From contig OZ025684.1 in assembly GCA_964019335.1 (NCBI GenBank), positions 372,001 to 436,000 of the forward strand: a stretch of DNA of 64,000 bases, in the 5' to 3' direction. Under the pieces are notes generated by a model, which saw only the letters and a list, made by a program, of their open reading frames with translations, was not told the origin of the DNA and did not search any database. The stretch comes from Diplonema japonicum (Eukaryota > Protista > Euglenozoa: Diplonemea). A program made the position numbers and the translations under genes. The stretch's first letter is position 1, and each line of letters opens with the position of its first letter. Below, in pieces: positions 19,910-30,412 of the stretch.

Positions 19910-22495
19910 CTAGTCAGATCTGCTCGGGGGGCGGGGGATGAGCATAGTTGGGATAGGGGAGTTTGTTTGGTTCCTCTGCGGCTCTGTGACATCGACCATG
20001 ACCTCGGTCAGGTCTGGATCCGGGCGGGCGGTGTTGTAACGTGAGGTGAACGGTCGAAAAGGACGCTTTTCATAATGGCCTTTGCGTGCCACGTACGTGT
20101 CAAGGAAGAACTTCTCAACGGAAACATTCGGCGTTGCCTCTTCAATGAGCTTCCGTGCTTCAAGCTGCTTCCGCGCCATGGCAAAGAGCGGCGGGCTATA
20201 CCCCGGTGTCGCACAAGGCAGCGGCGACCGCATCCTTTCACGCTCCCTTTGCAAATCCGTTAGTTTTGTCTGTGTTGCGACGCTCACAGTATGTACGGCA
20301 CGCTTGGACTTTTTCGACCTGAACATCTTAGGCAGGCTTAAAACACAGACGCCATGCTCGTCAGGTAGAGACGGTGTCACAACGGCAGGTGAGTACGCCC
20401 CTGTTGTCCGTTGCATTGCAGCAATCGGTGAGCATGGGGTGGAGACCTCCTGTTCTTCCGCAGTTGCATCTGGGTTCGTGTCTATAAGGATCAACGGAGG
20501 TGAGTGAGGATGGAAAGATAAGCTCGACGCCACTGAAGGCGACCTAGCCTCCTTGCCGTTGAGGGAATCAAAACTGGACGCTGCTGAACGTGACCTAGTC
20601 TCCTGGCAGTTAAAAGAAGCGAAACTAGACGCTGCTGAAATTGACTTGGGGTTCGTGGTGAGGGAAGCAAGGCTGGCAGCCGAAAAAGGAGACTTACAGT
20701 TCATGGGATGGGAAACAAAACTGGAATCCGGTGACTTACGGTTCATGGGGCGGGAAACAAAACTGGACGCTGCTGAAGGTGACTTGGGGTTCATGGGATG
20801 GGAAGCAAAGCTGGACCCCACAAAGTTCGGGGATTGGACTAAAAGTGACTCAGGCGATCTGCGTTTAGAAAACGATCGAACGGCGACATTCCTGCGTGAG
20901 CTAACGGGTTTTAATGCGTTCCAACTTGCTTCTTTTGAGAAAAAAACTTTACGTTTCGCAGGGCTGAGAGGGGAGGCTGCGTAACTTGATGCGTCTGACT
21001 CGGACTCGAATTCTGGGTACTCATCAAGTTTTTGATTTACGTATTTTTTGAATTCAGGAGGCGGTTGGAAAACGCCTGGAATGGAGTCCGGTTGTCCAAA
21101 GCCCCCGATCGTGACCTTCGCTCCGCCTAGTGCTTTGAAGGATTTCCCAGCCACCACGCGTTGGCTTTCGTTCCGCTTCGTGAGGAGAACGAACGACTTT
21201 GTAGTCTTCGGGGCAATGGTGGGGCGGCGAAATTGAACTTTTGTGTTTGTTTTGAACAACCTGTTTTCGGGAGCATCACCGAGTTTCTTATCCTTAGGGA
21301 CGGCCATTGTGATGGCATTGACAACATCCGCAACCTGCCGCATAGGGCGCTTCAATACTTCGCCAGGGAAGTTCAGTCCCTCTTCGTTCGCCAATGTGAG
21401 CTCCTCGATGATCTGCCCCTGTTGATCGATCTTTTTGGTCAGCGCTCTGATCTTTTCATTAGTGTCGGTTACGGGGAGCAGCCCGAACATTTTAAGCGGA
21501 AAGGTGTCCCGGCTCCTCGCCAGTTCGATTTGACTCCTCGTGACTGCTTTCCTATGGTTGGCGGCTTCCTTTACTTCGGCAGCTTCTCTGCTTGCTTTTT
21601 GCTTTTGGATGATTATTTCCATGGCAGACAGACCCTCTGGCGGGGTAGTTTCAGGTATCGGTCCCTTACCGGTCACAACCGGTTGTTTTCTCATAGGTAC
21701 GCTCAAGTTTCTAGAAACGGTGCTTACTTGCATTGAAATACGATGGCTCATGGACGTTACCATTTCGCTTAAAGAAGACGACTGCTGGGAGATAATGTCA
21801 TGGGTTTCCATCAGCAAGCATTCCCATTTCGCCTTACTCCCGGTTCCACTTACGTGTTTGGTTTCATCGTCGATTTTGACGAAAGCAGCCAGCTGTGCAT
21901 CCTTATCATCTTTGAGCCGGTGTATCGTGTTTTGCAAAATCTGGAGGCTTCGTTGGTGCTTGAGTTCCATGTATTGCAGTTGTTGCCGCTTCTTGGAGTA
22001 GATGCCCTGTTTGATTTTCGTAACTGCATCGCGAAAAGTCACATTGTTGTTGGTATGTTGGGGGTTCTCATCCTTTTCATCTAATGGGTGGTAAATGCAG
22101 TTAGGGGCCCAGTCCATTTCTCTGGCATTAGACGGGTCGGCACTGTTGAGCTTCAGTTGTTTCAAATAGACTTCTTCCTTGAGGCGTAGGATGTCTCGCA
22201 GGAGTGTGTCGCGTAGTTCCTTCTCCTTGTCGGACCTGTGTATCATTTGTTTCTTCATGAACTCCAGCCTGCCCTCTGCCCTTGTGTAGTACTTTGTGTA
22301 TTCTTCTCGGGTTTTAAAACCGTCCCTCCACAACTCCATTAGTTTCGACATGCCTTCTCTTAGTGCCTCCGTTAAGGACACCCCTTGCAGCACTTCTTCG
22401 CACATCCGTCTTAGAATCGCGTCAGCTGCTTTTTCGTTTCTGATGGCATCCTTGTCGCTTGGGTAGGTGCTGTACAAAACCTTCTCGGTCCCCAT
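19910..22495 (-). CDS. Uncharacterised protein, coiled-coil N-half and Ser/Pro-rich repeats
   Basis: 861-aa ORF; six degenerate SSFxSxPMNxKSPxAA units at about 20520-20815. Confidence 0.7.
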   Translation of the reverse strand: MGTEKVLYSTYPSDKDAIRNEKAADAILRRMCEEVLQGVSLTEALREGMSKLMELWRDGFKTREEYTKYYTRAEGRLEFMKKQMIHRSDKEKELRDTLLRDILRLKEEVYLKQLKLNSADPSNAREMDWAPNCIYHPLDEKDENPQHTNNNVTFRDAVTKIKQGIYSKKRQQLQYMELKHQRSLQILQNTIHRLKDDKDAQLAAFVKIDDETKHVSGTGSKAKWECLLMETHDIISQQSSSLSEMVTSMSHRISMQVSTVSRNLSVPMRKQPVVTGKGPIPETTPPEGLSAMEIIIQKQKASREAAEVKEAANHRKAVTRSQIELARSRDTFPLKMFGLLPVTDTNEKIRALTKKIDQQGQIIEELTLANEEGLNFPGEVLKRPMRQVADVVNAITMAVPKDKKLGDAPENRLFKTNTKVQFRRPTIAPKTTKSFVLLTKRNESQRVVAGKSFKALGGAKVTIGGFGQPDSIPGVFQPPPEFKKYVNQKLDEYPEFESESDASSYAASPLSPAKRKVFFSKEASWNALKPVSSRRNVAVRSFSKRRSPESLLVQSPNFVGSSFASHPMNPKSPSAASSFVSRPMNRKSPDSSFVSHPMNCKSPFSAASLASLTTNPKSISAASSFASFNCQETRSRSAASSFDSLNGKEARSPSVASSLSFHPHSPPLILIDTNPDATAEEQEVSTPCSPIAAMQRTTGAYSPAVVTPSLPDEHGVCVLSLPKMFRSKKSKRAVHTVSVATQTKLTDLQRERERMRSPLPCATPGYSPPLFAMARKQLEARKLIEEATPNVSVEKFFLDTYVARKGHYEKRPFRPFTSRYNTARPDPDLTEVMVDVTEPQRNQTNSPIPTMLIPRPPSRSD

Positions 22496-22647
22496 TATTG
22501 TATTACCCTTTTTCTTTTTTGTGTTGTGTGTTTTGGTAGAAAAGAGGAAGGGGGGGGGAAGAAATAACGATACTTTTTTATTTTTTCTACCTCATTTAGT
22601 TGGGGGGACCACGTATCCCCGCCCAATAGCCCCCCCCCCAAAAAAAA

Positions 22648-22749
22648 GAGGAACTGAACCGTTGTTTGTACGTGCCGGGTAAAACCCAATTTGTCAACAC
22701 GTTGCCAACGTTCCCTTTTAGCTTAGACAAGTCAAAGACACGTTCTTGC
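22648..22749 (+). repeat. ~110-bp structured SINE-like repeat (also 35357-35446, 37936-38020, 55873-55974, 62744-62856; internally deleted copy 6729-6767)
   Basis: GAGGAAC...GTACGTGCCGGGTAAA...ACACGTTGCCAACGTTCCCC...TTAGACAAGTCAAAGACTCGTTCTTGC followed by a long A-tract; all copies in the same orientation. Confidence 0.85.
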
Positions 22750-22824
22750 AAAAAAAAAAAAAAAAAAAAAAAAAAGAACGAAGAAAAAAAAAAAAGATCA
22801 ATCCTTTAACGTCAAGGTGTCACG

Positions 22825-23112
22825 TATCATTTCCGTGAAAAGGTGGGCTCAGGACACCTCTGGGTGAAGCGGCCAATAAGAAGGGTTTTTAGTCTTTTTT
22901 CTACACGCGCACTACTTGAGCTCATAGTTTCTTCCACGAACCGTCGTTTCGATGCAAAAGAACAGCGGAAACTGTCCCAGAGTTCAAAATATGGCTCGCT
23001 CGGCACCGAACATGTGGAAGTACCGGACAACAAATTATAATTTAACCATCCCGGCTTTTAAGAAAATGAGCAGACCGATTCGTTGACATACAGCGCTACC
23101 TCACCTTGACAA
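22825..23112 (+). mobile_element. piggyBac-like transposase fragment
   Basis: Reverse-complement homolog of 59735-60058. Confidence 0.7.
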
Positions 23113-24283
23113 CAACCTATTAAGGCCTCTGAAACTGCACCCTTTATGTGCAAAGAGACATTTAAGTTAAAAAAAAAGATTAAAGAAGAAAAATACTTTT
23201 TATGCCTCGCAGTCGTGGGGGCTTTAGAGCACATTGATTGTCAAAAAAAAAAAAAGAGAGAGACAGAGAAAAAAAAAACTCAAAGTGCAGGACAAACCTC
23301 CTCATGGCCGCCCTTTAAAAAAAAGTTCTTTTTCTCCCAACCGGGTCGAGCTGTATGAAGGGTCCCATCATAGGGATACGATGCAAAGCTCCTGGATAAT
23401 TTTGCACGTACTTTCATGTTTTTTTTTTTTGGTCAATTCAAATCTCATCAAAACCTCTCTTCTTTACGAAGGAACTAAGTAATAAATATTTAGGAATGAC
23501 TGGAGGAATTAGTAGAGACGCATAGAGAAAAAAAAGAATGAAAAAACAATAAAGAAACTACAATCTTGAGGCTTCAAGAGTTGGTGGGGAAGGTGCCCTC
23601 CTCCATTCCACGGGAGAGTAAAAGATGGAACAGAGGGAAGAAATAATTTTATTCAGATAATCGAAAGACGGAGAAGGGCTTACCCTGTCTACCGCATTTT
23701 TAACTAGGGCAATTAGTATACCTGGTTTGAACTTGAAATGCACCGTAAAAAATGTCCCGAAGAATTCGAAAAAGGTACGTAATAAGCACAAAGTCCAGGT
23801 ATATAATTTTTAAAAATAAAAAAAAGAAAATAATATGTATTCACCAGAGTTGAAACAGGATCTTTTTTTGAATTGAAATGGCCTTGTTTTAACAGTGTCA
23901 GTAGATTAGGTTTAAAAAAAAAAAAGGAAAAAATTATCTTCATTGATAATATGGAAACCAGTGGTCGCACTGCACAAGCAACTGTCTACTGTCGAGCGAT
24001 AGCTAGCTCCACTAGAAACACACGCAATGTGCTTCTTTAAATCCAATACTTTAGAAATTTCTCGGATCTGCTTGCACTTTTCCCCATTCCATGCTTCATC
24101 AAAAAAGAGAGGGGGGGAGGGGGGGTGTAAAAGAAAACAAAAAAAACAGCGTCTCAAGCCCTTATTTACCTGGATGCCTCCTTTCAACTTTTTTCCTAGA
24201 AAAGAAACTGAAGCAGCCAGAGCAAAGGTGCAAAAGATATGAGGAATGCCAACCAGCACCCTCACATCAACCCTTAGTGATAC

Positions 24284-24316
<33 letters not shown>

Positions 24317-24430
24317 GATTCTCGGGTTAATGTTCGCGAATAATGGACCATATTACAACATAAAAAAAAAAAAAATTATAAAAAAAAAAAAGAGTCGGCC
24401 TGATTGTTTGTGCAAGCCGGAGCAAAAATC

Positions 24431-25132
24431 TTACGGTTTTGACAAAATCGCGCGTAAATCGTCGCCTTTCGCAAGGTCAACAGCAAGTCTCCCCTTGGCA
24501 TCCTTTAGGCTGGCATCTGCACCACAAGAAAGCAACAGTTTGACCAGCGAAGCCACACCATATGCGCAGGCTTGGTGCAGAATAGTTTGTTTTGCCCCAT
24601 CAGAGGAAACCGCGTTTACCTTAGAACCCAAATCGATCAACAACTGCACAGTCTCTGTGTCTACAAAAACACACTCCTGCAGCAGAGTCTTCCCATTGCG
24701 ATACTCTTCAAGCACACCGGGAAGAGCAAGCACGAATAACGACAAAATTTCCAGTTTTTCCTGCAGCGAATAACGTTCGCCTTCCTCACTCGCGTCATCA
24801 TCGCAAAGGGTAGTGACATACTCCATGTCCAAGAACCCTCTGAGCCCGGTGAGGTCAGGCCATATCCCCATTTTTTCAAGCGCGGCAGCCGCACGTTTGC
24901 ACTCGTTCATTCGCAGCTCTGCCCTGTCCCCGTCCTTGAAGCTGTGCTCCAGCACCCGGGTGCCTTGCGCCAGTACCTCTCCTTCGTGTACTAGGTCGTA
25001 CCCGTCTGCATTTCGTCCGATGCACGCTTCGCATGCTATTCGAATTATGTCCTGTACCTGATCAGAGCCTTTCGCTGTAATGCAAGTGGATGAAGGGTGG
25101 CCTTCTAGAGTGATGAAGAGATCGACACCCAT
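24431..25132 (-). CDS. Ubiquitin-like N-domain + ankyrin repeat protein (paralog of 19046-19792)
   Basis: MGVDLFITLEG...ACEACIGRNADGYDLVHEGEVL...FKDGDRAELRM; ankyrins TILHQAC...LLLSCGADASLKD. Confidence 0.8.
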   Translation of the reverse strand: MGVDLFITLEGHPSSTCITAKGSDQVQDIIRIACEACIGRNADGYDLVHEGEVLAQGTRVLEHSFKDGDRAELRMNECKRAAAALEKMGIWPDLTGLRGFLDMEYVTTLCDDDASEEGERYSLQEKLEILSLFVLALPGVLEEYRNGKTLLQECVFVDTETVQLLIDLGSKVNAVSSDGAKQTILHQACAYGVASLVKLLLSCGADASLKDAKGRLAVDLAKGDDLRAILSKP

Positions 25133-25735
25133 TTTCCTTTTTTTTTTTTTCCTCTTTTTTTTTTCCCCCTTTTTTGGGTAGGAGTGGAGTGTTATCACAA
25201 AAAAAGAAAAAAAATATTAAAAAAAAAAAAAAAGAAAACAGTCATAGAATGGAAGCGCCCCTCCCAACGTGTGCGTTCACGAGAACAAAAAAAAAAAAAA
25301 AAAAAAAAACGTGTTTTTGAAAGGAAACCTGTTGTATGTGACAGCAGGACCGCCTGGCGACAATCACTTCATTATGTGTTCGAACCTTTGTGTCTTGGTG
25401 AAGGCTGTCAAAAAAAAAGTCCATTTTGATCCAATATCCCTTTTCGAAGACGGCACGGTGTTCTGCCCCACTCCTTCACGTATCTGTTTGAATAGTGAAA
25501 ACACGCCTAAGGTCGAAAGGCCTTGTAAAAAATATGTAGGAAAAAAAGGGGGAGAGGGTGTCGTCAGATCCCTTCTTTATTGACCCCCCTTTTTTTTCCA
25601 AGAGTTATAACTTGTTTCTTTCGGAACGAATATTCTTTTTTCTTCTTCTTTAATGGGACGATGGGCAAGGGGGGTGGGTTGATGTGAATCCGAAAAACAC
25701 AAAATAAACGTCCAGAAAGAAAAATTGGGACAATG

Positions 25736-25769
<34 letters not shown>

Positions 25770-25803
25770 AGAATTCTGTTTCTTTTCTATTTTTTTTTTT
25801 TTT

Positions 25804-27906
25804 TTATAATCTAAACGAGAACGATCGCGTAACGGTGCTTTCAGGCGGTGTCACGCTGTCGTTCATCTTCTCCTCCTTCGCGACTCTTAGTTCCACGCAA
25901 TCAGGAGTCTCATCCTCCTCCTTCACCTCCTTCTTCCCGTATCGTGTATGCCAAAACCTGCAACTCATGTGAACGCTCAACGCAAGCACGACAATAATCG
26001 AAAATGTAAGGAAAGACCCCGCGAGGTCGGGTAATGATAAGGTTCTGGCCGAGCTGCTTTGAGCAGTACATCTGTTTGAACGAAAGTACCGTTCGTACAG
26101 AGTCTGGGCATGGCCTTCTTTGTTGAGCTGAAGAACGGCTTTTGTGAAGCTTTCTTGAAATATAGAACCGTGCCGGGTCATGATCCCGTAGCTTTCTTGC
26201 TCGAACCGCGGACCCCGCAACACGAGGTCGCAGTCTACTGCAGCACGCGCTTCGCCCATAGGGGAGTCGATCAGCGTTGCATCGACGGTTCCGTTCTTGA
26301 TGGCAAGGAATACTTCCTCTTGCGTCCCTGCAGACCACGCGGGTTGTTCTGGTATGTTTGTTTCCATCCATCTTGCATGTGTTGTGCCCTTCACAACGCC
26401 GATTCGCGACCCAGGAACCCGACCGCTTGTCACATCTTGAATCGAATCTATTTTATAAGAAGCCTTGCGTTGCGAAAGGTACGCCGACAGCGAAGCCGTG
26501 TACGTTGAGATCAAGATCATCGCGGTGAACATCGACGAGAACCCTATTAAACGCCCCGCACCTTTGTCAGGCATATCCGACGGTGACTGAAGAATCGTTG
26601 ACACGGCCAGCCACAACGCGTCGGAACGACGGTACGAAGCAGTAAGCGCAAACCCGCCCGCGATGACAAGCGTTGCCGCAACTGTGAGGCCCCACAAAGC
26701 GGGGGAGAACGGAAGGAGGAATTGCCATAGCGACACACTGAACTCCGCGTTACCCCCCATCACCCTGACACCAAGGTAGAAGTACGGTTGTGTAAAATGA
26801 ACAATTTCAGCACGCTCGGGTGTTATTGAAATCGCGGCTATCCCTGCAGCTAGATCGGGGTCTGCAAGAAACATGTTTATCATTCCGGTGACGCCTTCAT
26901 CACAGGGGCATATTACGTACTGAGCGGTGAAGCCTAGTTTCGCACCAATCAAATCCATGTAGTCGATGCTGTACCCTGTCACCGTGTTGTTCTCCGAGAT
27001 TTTTACGAACGGAACGGCTTCTTTTACAAGGATTTTTAAAATTTTTCCTGACAGGCTTGGGACGTCAGATGGCCATCCTGTAGAGTCTTTTTCGCTGTTC
27101 CCCCATTGAACGGCAGCAGGGTCGTCGATTACCTGTTTAAGAGGAAACGACACCGCCACGCTCGAGTTCCCGTGGTATGTTGTTTTTACGTTTACAAGCT
27201 CGTAACCGATGTTCACGTTGTTGGGCAAGATGTGGTTCTGTGAGTACATTGTTAGCTCCGCATTTGAGTTGATTTTGAACCGGTCGGGTACTGGAGTGTT
27301 TTCAAGAGTGTTCAGAGTGGCTTGTTTCAGCCCGCCTTCATCTTCCCTGATAACAATTACACCGGTGACATCCTCGATTTCTTGCTTCGAGACGTTCGAG
27401 AACAAGTTGTACGTACCTATGGGAATTACAATCCAGATTTTCGAGTTCCACGAGGCGAGCTTGCTGATTTGCAGGATGTCATTTGAGGTGTTAGCTAGAA
27501 CAACATAGATATTATAGTCGGAGGATGCGATGTCGGTGAGAGGCATCAGGCGGATGCTTGGCGGGATGGATCTTGATATAGAAGGGTTGCTTGATATATA
27601 GTTTGTAGGGAATATTCCTGCTATCCGTGTCCATTTTGCGACGGTGATGAGGGATCCTAGTGCTTGTAGGCGGCCAGAGACACCGCTGTACTGAGCGAGG
27701 CCTGGTGCTACCCATGTTGCGATGCCTCCGCTTGTAGCAGCTTCGACACCTTCGACAAAGGTCGCCGCTTTGACAACTACTGCGCCGTACTCTTCACATG
27801 CTTCTGCGATGGGTTCATCACCTTCCAAGTGCAGCACGCATGCAGGGGTTTCGAGACCGGATGCTGCGGTCGATAGTATGTAGAATGGTATAATTATCTT
27901 GTACAT
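25804..27906 (-). CDS. Ionotropic glutamate receptor-like channel
   Basis: S1 GYSIDYM and AAISITPERAEIVHFTQPY; M1 FLLPFSPALW; pore LWLAVSTILQ; M3 STYTASLSAYL; S2; M4. Confidence 0.9.
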   Translation of the reverse strand: MYKIIIPFYILSTAASGLETPACVLHLEGDEPIAEACEEYGAVVVKAATFVEGVEAATSGGIATWVAPGLAQYSGVSGRLQALGSLITVAKWTRIAGIFPTNYISSNPSISRSIPPSIRLMPLTDIASSDYNIYVVLANTSNDILQISKLASWNSKIWIVIPIGTYNLFSNVSKQEIEDVTGVIVIREDEGGLKQATLNTLENTPVPDRFKINSNAELTMYSQNHILPNNVNIGYELVNVKTTYHGNSSVAVSFPLKQVIDDPAAVQWGNSEKDSTGWPSDVPSLSGKILKILVKEAVPFVKISENNTVTGYSIDYMDLIGAKLGFTAQYVICPCDEGVTGMINMFLADPDLAAGIAAISITPERAEIVHFTQPYFYLGVRVMGGNAEFSVSLWQFLLPFSPALWGLTVAATLVIAGGFALTASYRRSDALWLAVSTILQSPSDMPDKGAGRLIGFSSMFTAMILISTYTASLSAYLSQRKASYKIDSIQDVTSGRVPGSRIGVVKGTTHARWMETNIPEQPAWSAGTQEEVFLAIKNGTVDATLIDSPMGEARAAVDCDLVLRGPRFEQESYGIMTRHGSIFQESFTKAVLQLNKEGHAQTLYERYFRSNRCTAQSSSARTLSLPDLAGSFLTFSIIVVLALSVHMSCRFWHTRYGKKEVKEEDETPDCVELRVAKEEKMNDSVTPPESTVTRSFSFRL

Positions 27907-28346
27907 TCTCTTATTTCTACCCCCCCACCCCCAACTGAACGGGGGGGGGGAAAAAAATAGAAAAATAGACGAAACATTAAAAAAAATGGAAGGGGGGGGG
28001 GGGGGGGAAAGGGGGTAAAATTATCTACGAAAGGAAGCAGGAAAACAAAAAAAAAAAGTGCTTTTTTTTCTTTTTTTCCCCCCTTTTTTTTTTCTTCTAC
28101 GGGTGATTTATTCTCTCTCTTATATCGGTCTTTGAAAAAAAAAGTAAAAAAAAAAAGTAAATAAAAGAATCTACGAGGCAGGGTGGGGGGGGGAGGGGGG
28201 AAGGGCGTCGGCCATCCATTATAATTTATCTTTCGAATCCCCTCTCAATTTTTCTCTTTAAGCGCCTAAAGACACCATATTTAAAAAAAAAAAAAAAAAA
28301 AAAGAGGAACTAGGCCCCGTTGGTTCTTTTTTCGGTTATTGTGCCC

Positions 28347-28996
28347 CTATTTTTCCGCTTTGTTCCCGAAGAAGTGGTGCAGTAGCACACCGAATACGAT
28401 GCCCACAGCGAAGGGGGAGGCGAACGGGATGCGTTGGCTGGGGACCTTGGGGGGGAGGGGGGTGGGGGTGAGACAGGGAGACAACGATATTGTGATAGGC
28501 CCCTCGCGGGTCTGGGCGAAAGGAGAGTAAGTCACCTCAGCCTTTTCCAACATACGACGGGAGGCAATCCAAGAGGGCTGGTCATGATTTCTATCAGAAA
28601 GGTAAACTATGTGTTTTATTCCGGACTGAATTATCATCTTTGTGCACTCATTGCAAGGGAACATGACGACATACATGGTGCACCCATCCTCAAGACTCCG
28701 TGTGTGGCAGTTCGAAATCGCATTCATCTCAGCATGCACCACATAAGGGTATTTCGTTTCCAGCATGCTGTGGTCAACAGACAGCGCGGACTTACCCTTG
28801 TCACCTTTTCCCCAAGGGAACACCTCGTCACCGCAGCCCCTGGGGAAGCCGTTGTAGCCGATCCCTACAATTCTCTTGTCTTTGTTTATAATGCAAGCCC
28901 CGACCTGCCTGTTCGGGTCCTTGCTTCGATGGCCAGACAGCACTGCCACTGACATGAAATATTCATCCCATGTGATGTAACTGTGTTGGGTTTGGT

Positions 28997-29028
<32 letters not shown>

Positions 29029-29078
29029 TGTGTTGTGTCATACTCGTCACGTGGACCTGACTTGCCTTCGCTGGCCAT
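28347..29078 (-). CDS. DCTD: dCMP deaminase; predicted 63-nt intron at 28981-29043; hydrophobic C-terminal tail
   Basis: WDEYFM...RSKDP.RQVGACI...GIGYNGFPRG, YVVHAEMNAI, FPCNECTK. Confidence 0.92.
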
Positions 29079-30412
29079 TTTTTTCCCCCCTCTTTTTTTT
29101 TCTCCTATTTTATTTTTAAAGTTAAGAAAAGGAACAGAAAAAAAGAAGAAAAGAAAAAAAGAAACGGAAACCCGGGGGAGATGGGGGGGGGAGCGGATTC
29201 AATATAACAGGCTACTTTTGAGTTTTCAAAAAAAGAAATTGGAACAGAAAAGAAAATCTCGAAGAACGGGGGGGAGGGGGGGGGGGGGGGGGAATTTGTG
29301 CACAGCCGGGGGGTTAACCTGTAGAAGGATAAGCCCAACAATGCTACCACTACTCTTTTTAGCACTAACAATTCATTATCAATATAATTGTTTTTCTTGT
29401 TCGTGCAAAAAGGGAAAAAAAAAAAATATATATATATATATATATATGAGTTAAAGGAGGCCGGTGTTGGCGGCGCCCTGCAAAAAAAAGATTTTATCCC
29501 TCCCTTTCTTTTTTTTTTTTTTTTTAAACACCTGCAAGCGATTTTCTAGCTAGGATCTACCAACAGGAGGGGAAAGAAAATAAAAAGAGTGACCATTGCT
29601 GGATTAAATATTTCTAAGAGAGACTTTTCGGTGAAACTTGGGTTTTGGGGGTTTTTTTTTCTTCCTTTTTTTTTTTTTAACTGATGTAACCGGTATAAGA
29701 AACCACAGAACAGAAAGCCAAAGAATAAGAAAGAATAAAAATAAAAAAAAGAACAACTAAAGGAACGCAACGAAAAATAATAAAAAAATAAATAAAAATA
29801 AAAATCGCTAATGGAAGGGGGTGAGAGAAAGCCCATTGCATGCAACGAATCTACCTCCCAGAAGCCCAGCTCCATCAGCTTTAGCTTTTTTCCAACCATA
29901 TTTCTGTCACAAAAAAAAGAAAGTACAGAATTCTATATGGCACCAGAAACTCCCTTATTCGCTTGAAAGGTCTAAACAAAACAAGGAAAAATAAGAAGAA
30001 GGGAAAGAAAACAATATAAAAAAAAAACCCCATTTTTTTTTTTTTTTTTGTATAGGTCCCACTTAAACGAGAACAAGGGGCAAGGGGGAAACGGGGGAGG
30101 AGGGGTGGGGTGGGGGAGGCGGCGAGAGTTACTTTCTTTCAAAAACGAAAAGAAAATTGTGAATTTTTTTTTTCTTCTTTTTTTTTCTTTCAAGTTTCCC
30201 CCCCCCCCCTCCCTAATCCTCTACATTCCATATCTACATGGTTCTTTTTTTTTTTTCTTTTATTTTTCTTCCTCTTTCTTTTTTCCACGGACTTGTAGAG
30301 GATTACCAGGGATTAGGGTAGTAAAACTAATGTCGCCCTCTATTGGCCAGTCTTTTTGGTGGCTCACCACCGAAGACCTCAATCGCTAACCCAGCTATGG
30401 TAACCCGTGTTG

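Noticed and set aside
23555-24290. Possible fragmented or non-canonically spliced gene
   Set aside because: No recognisable domain or consistent frame; may be a decayed element.
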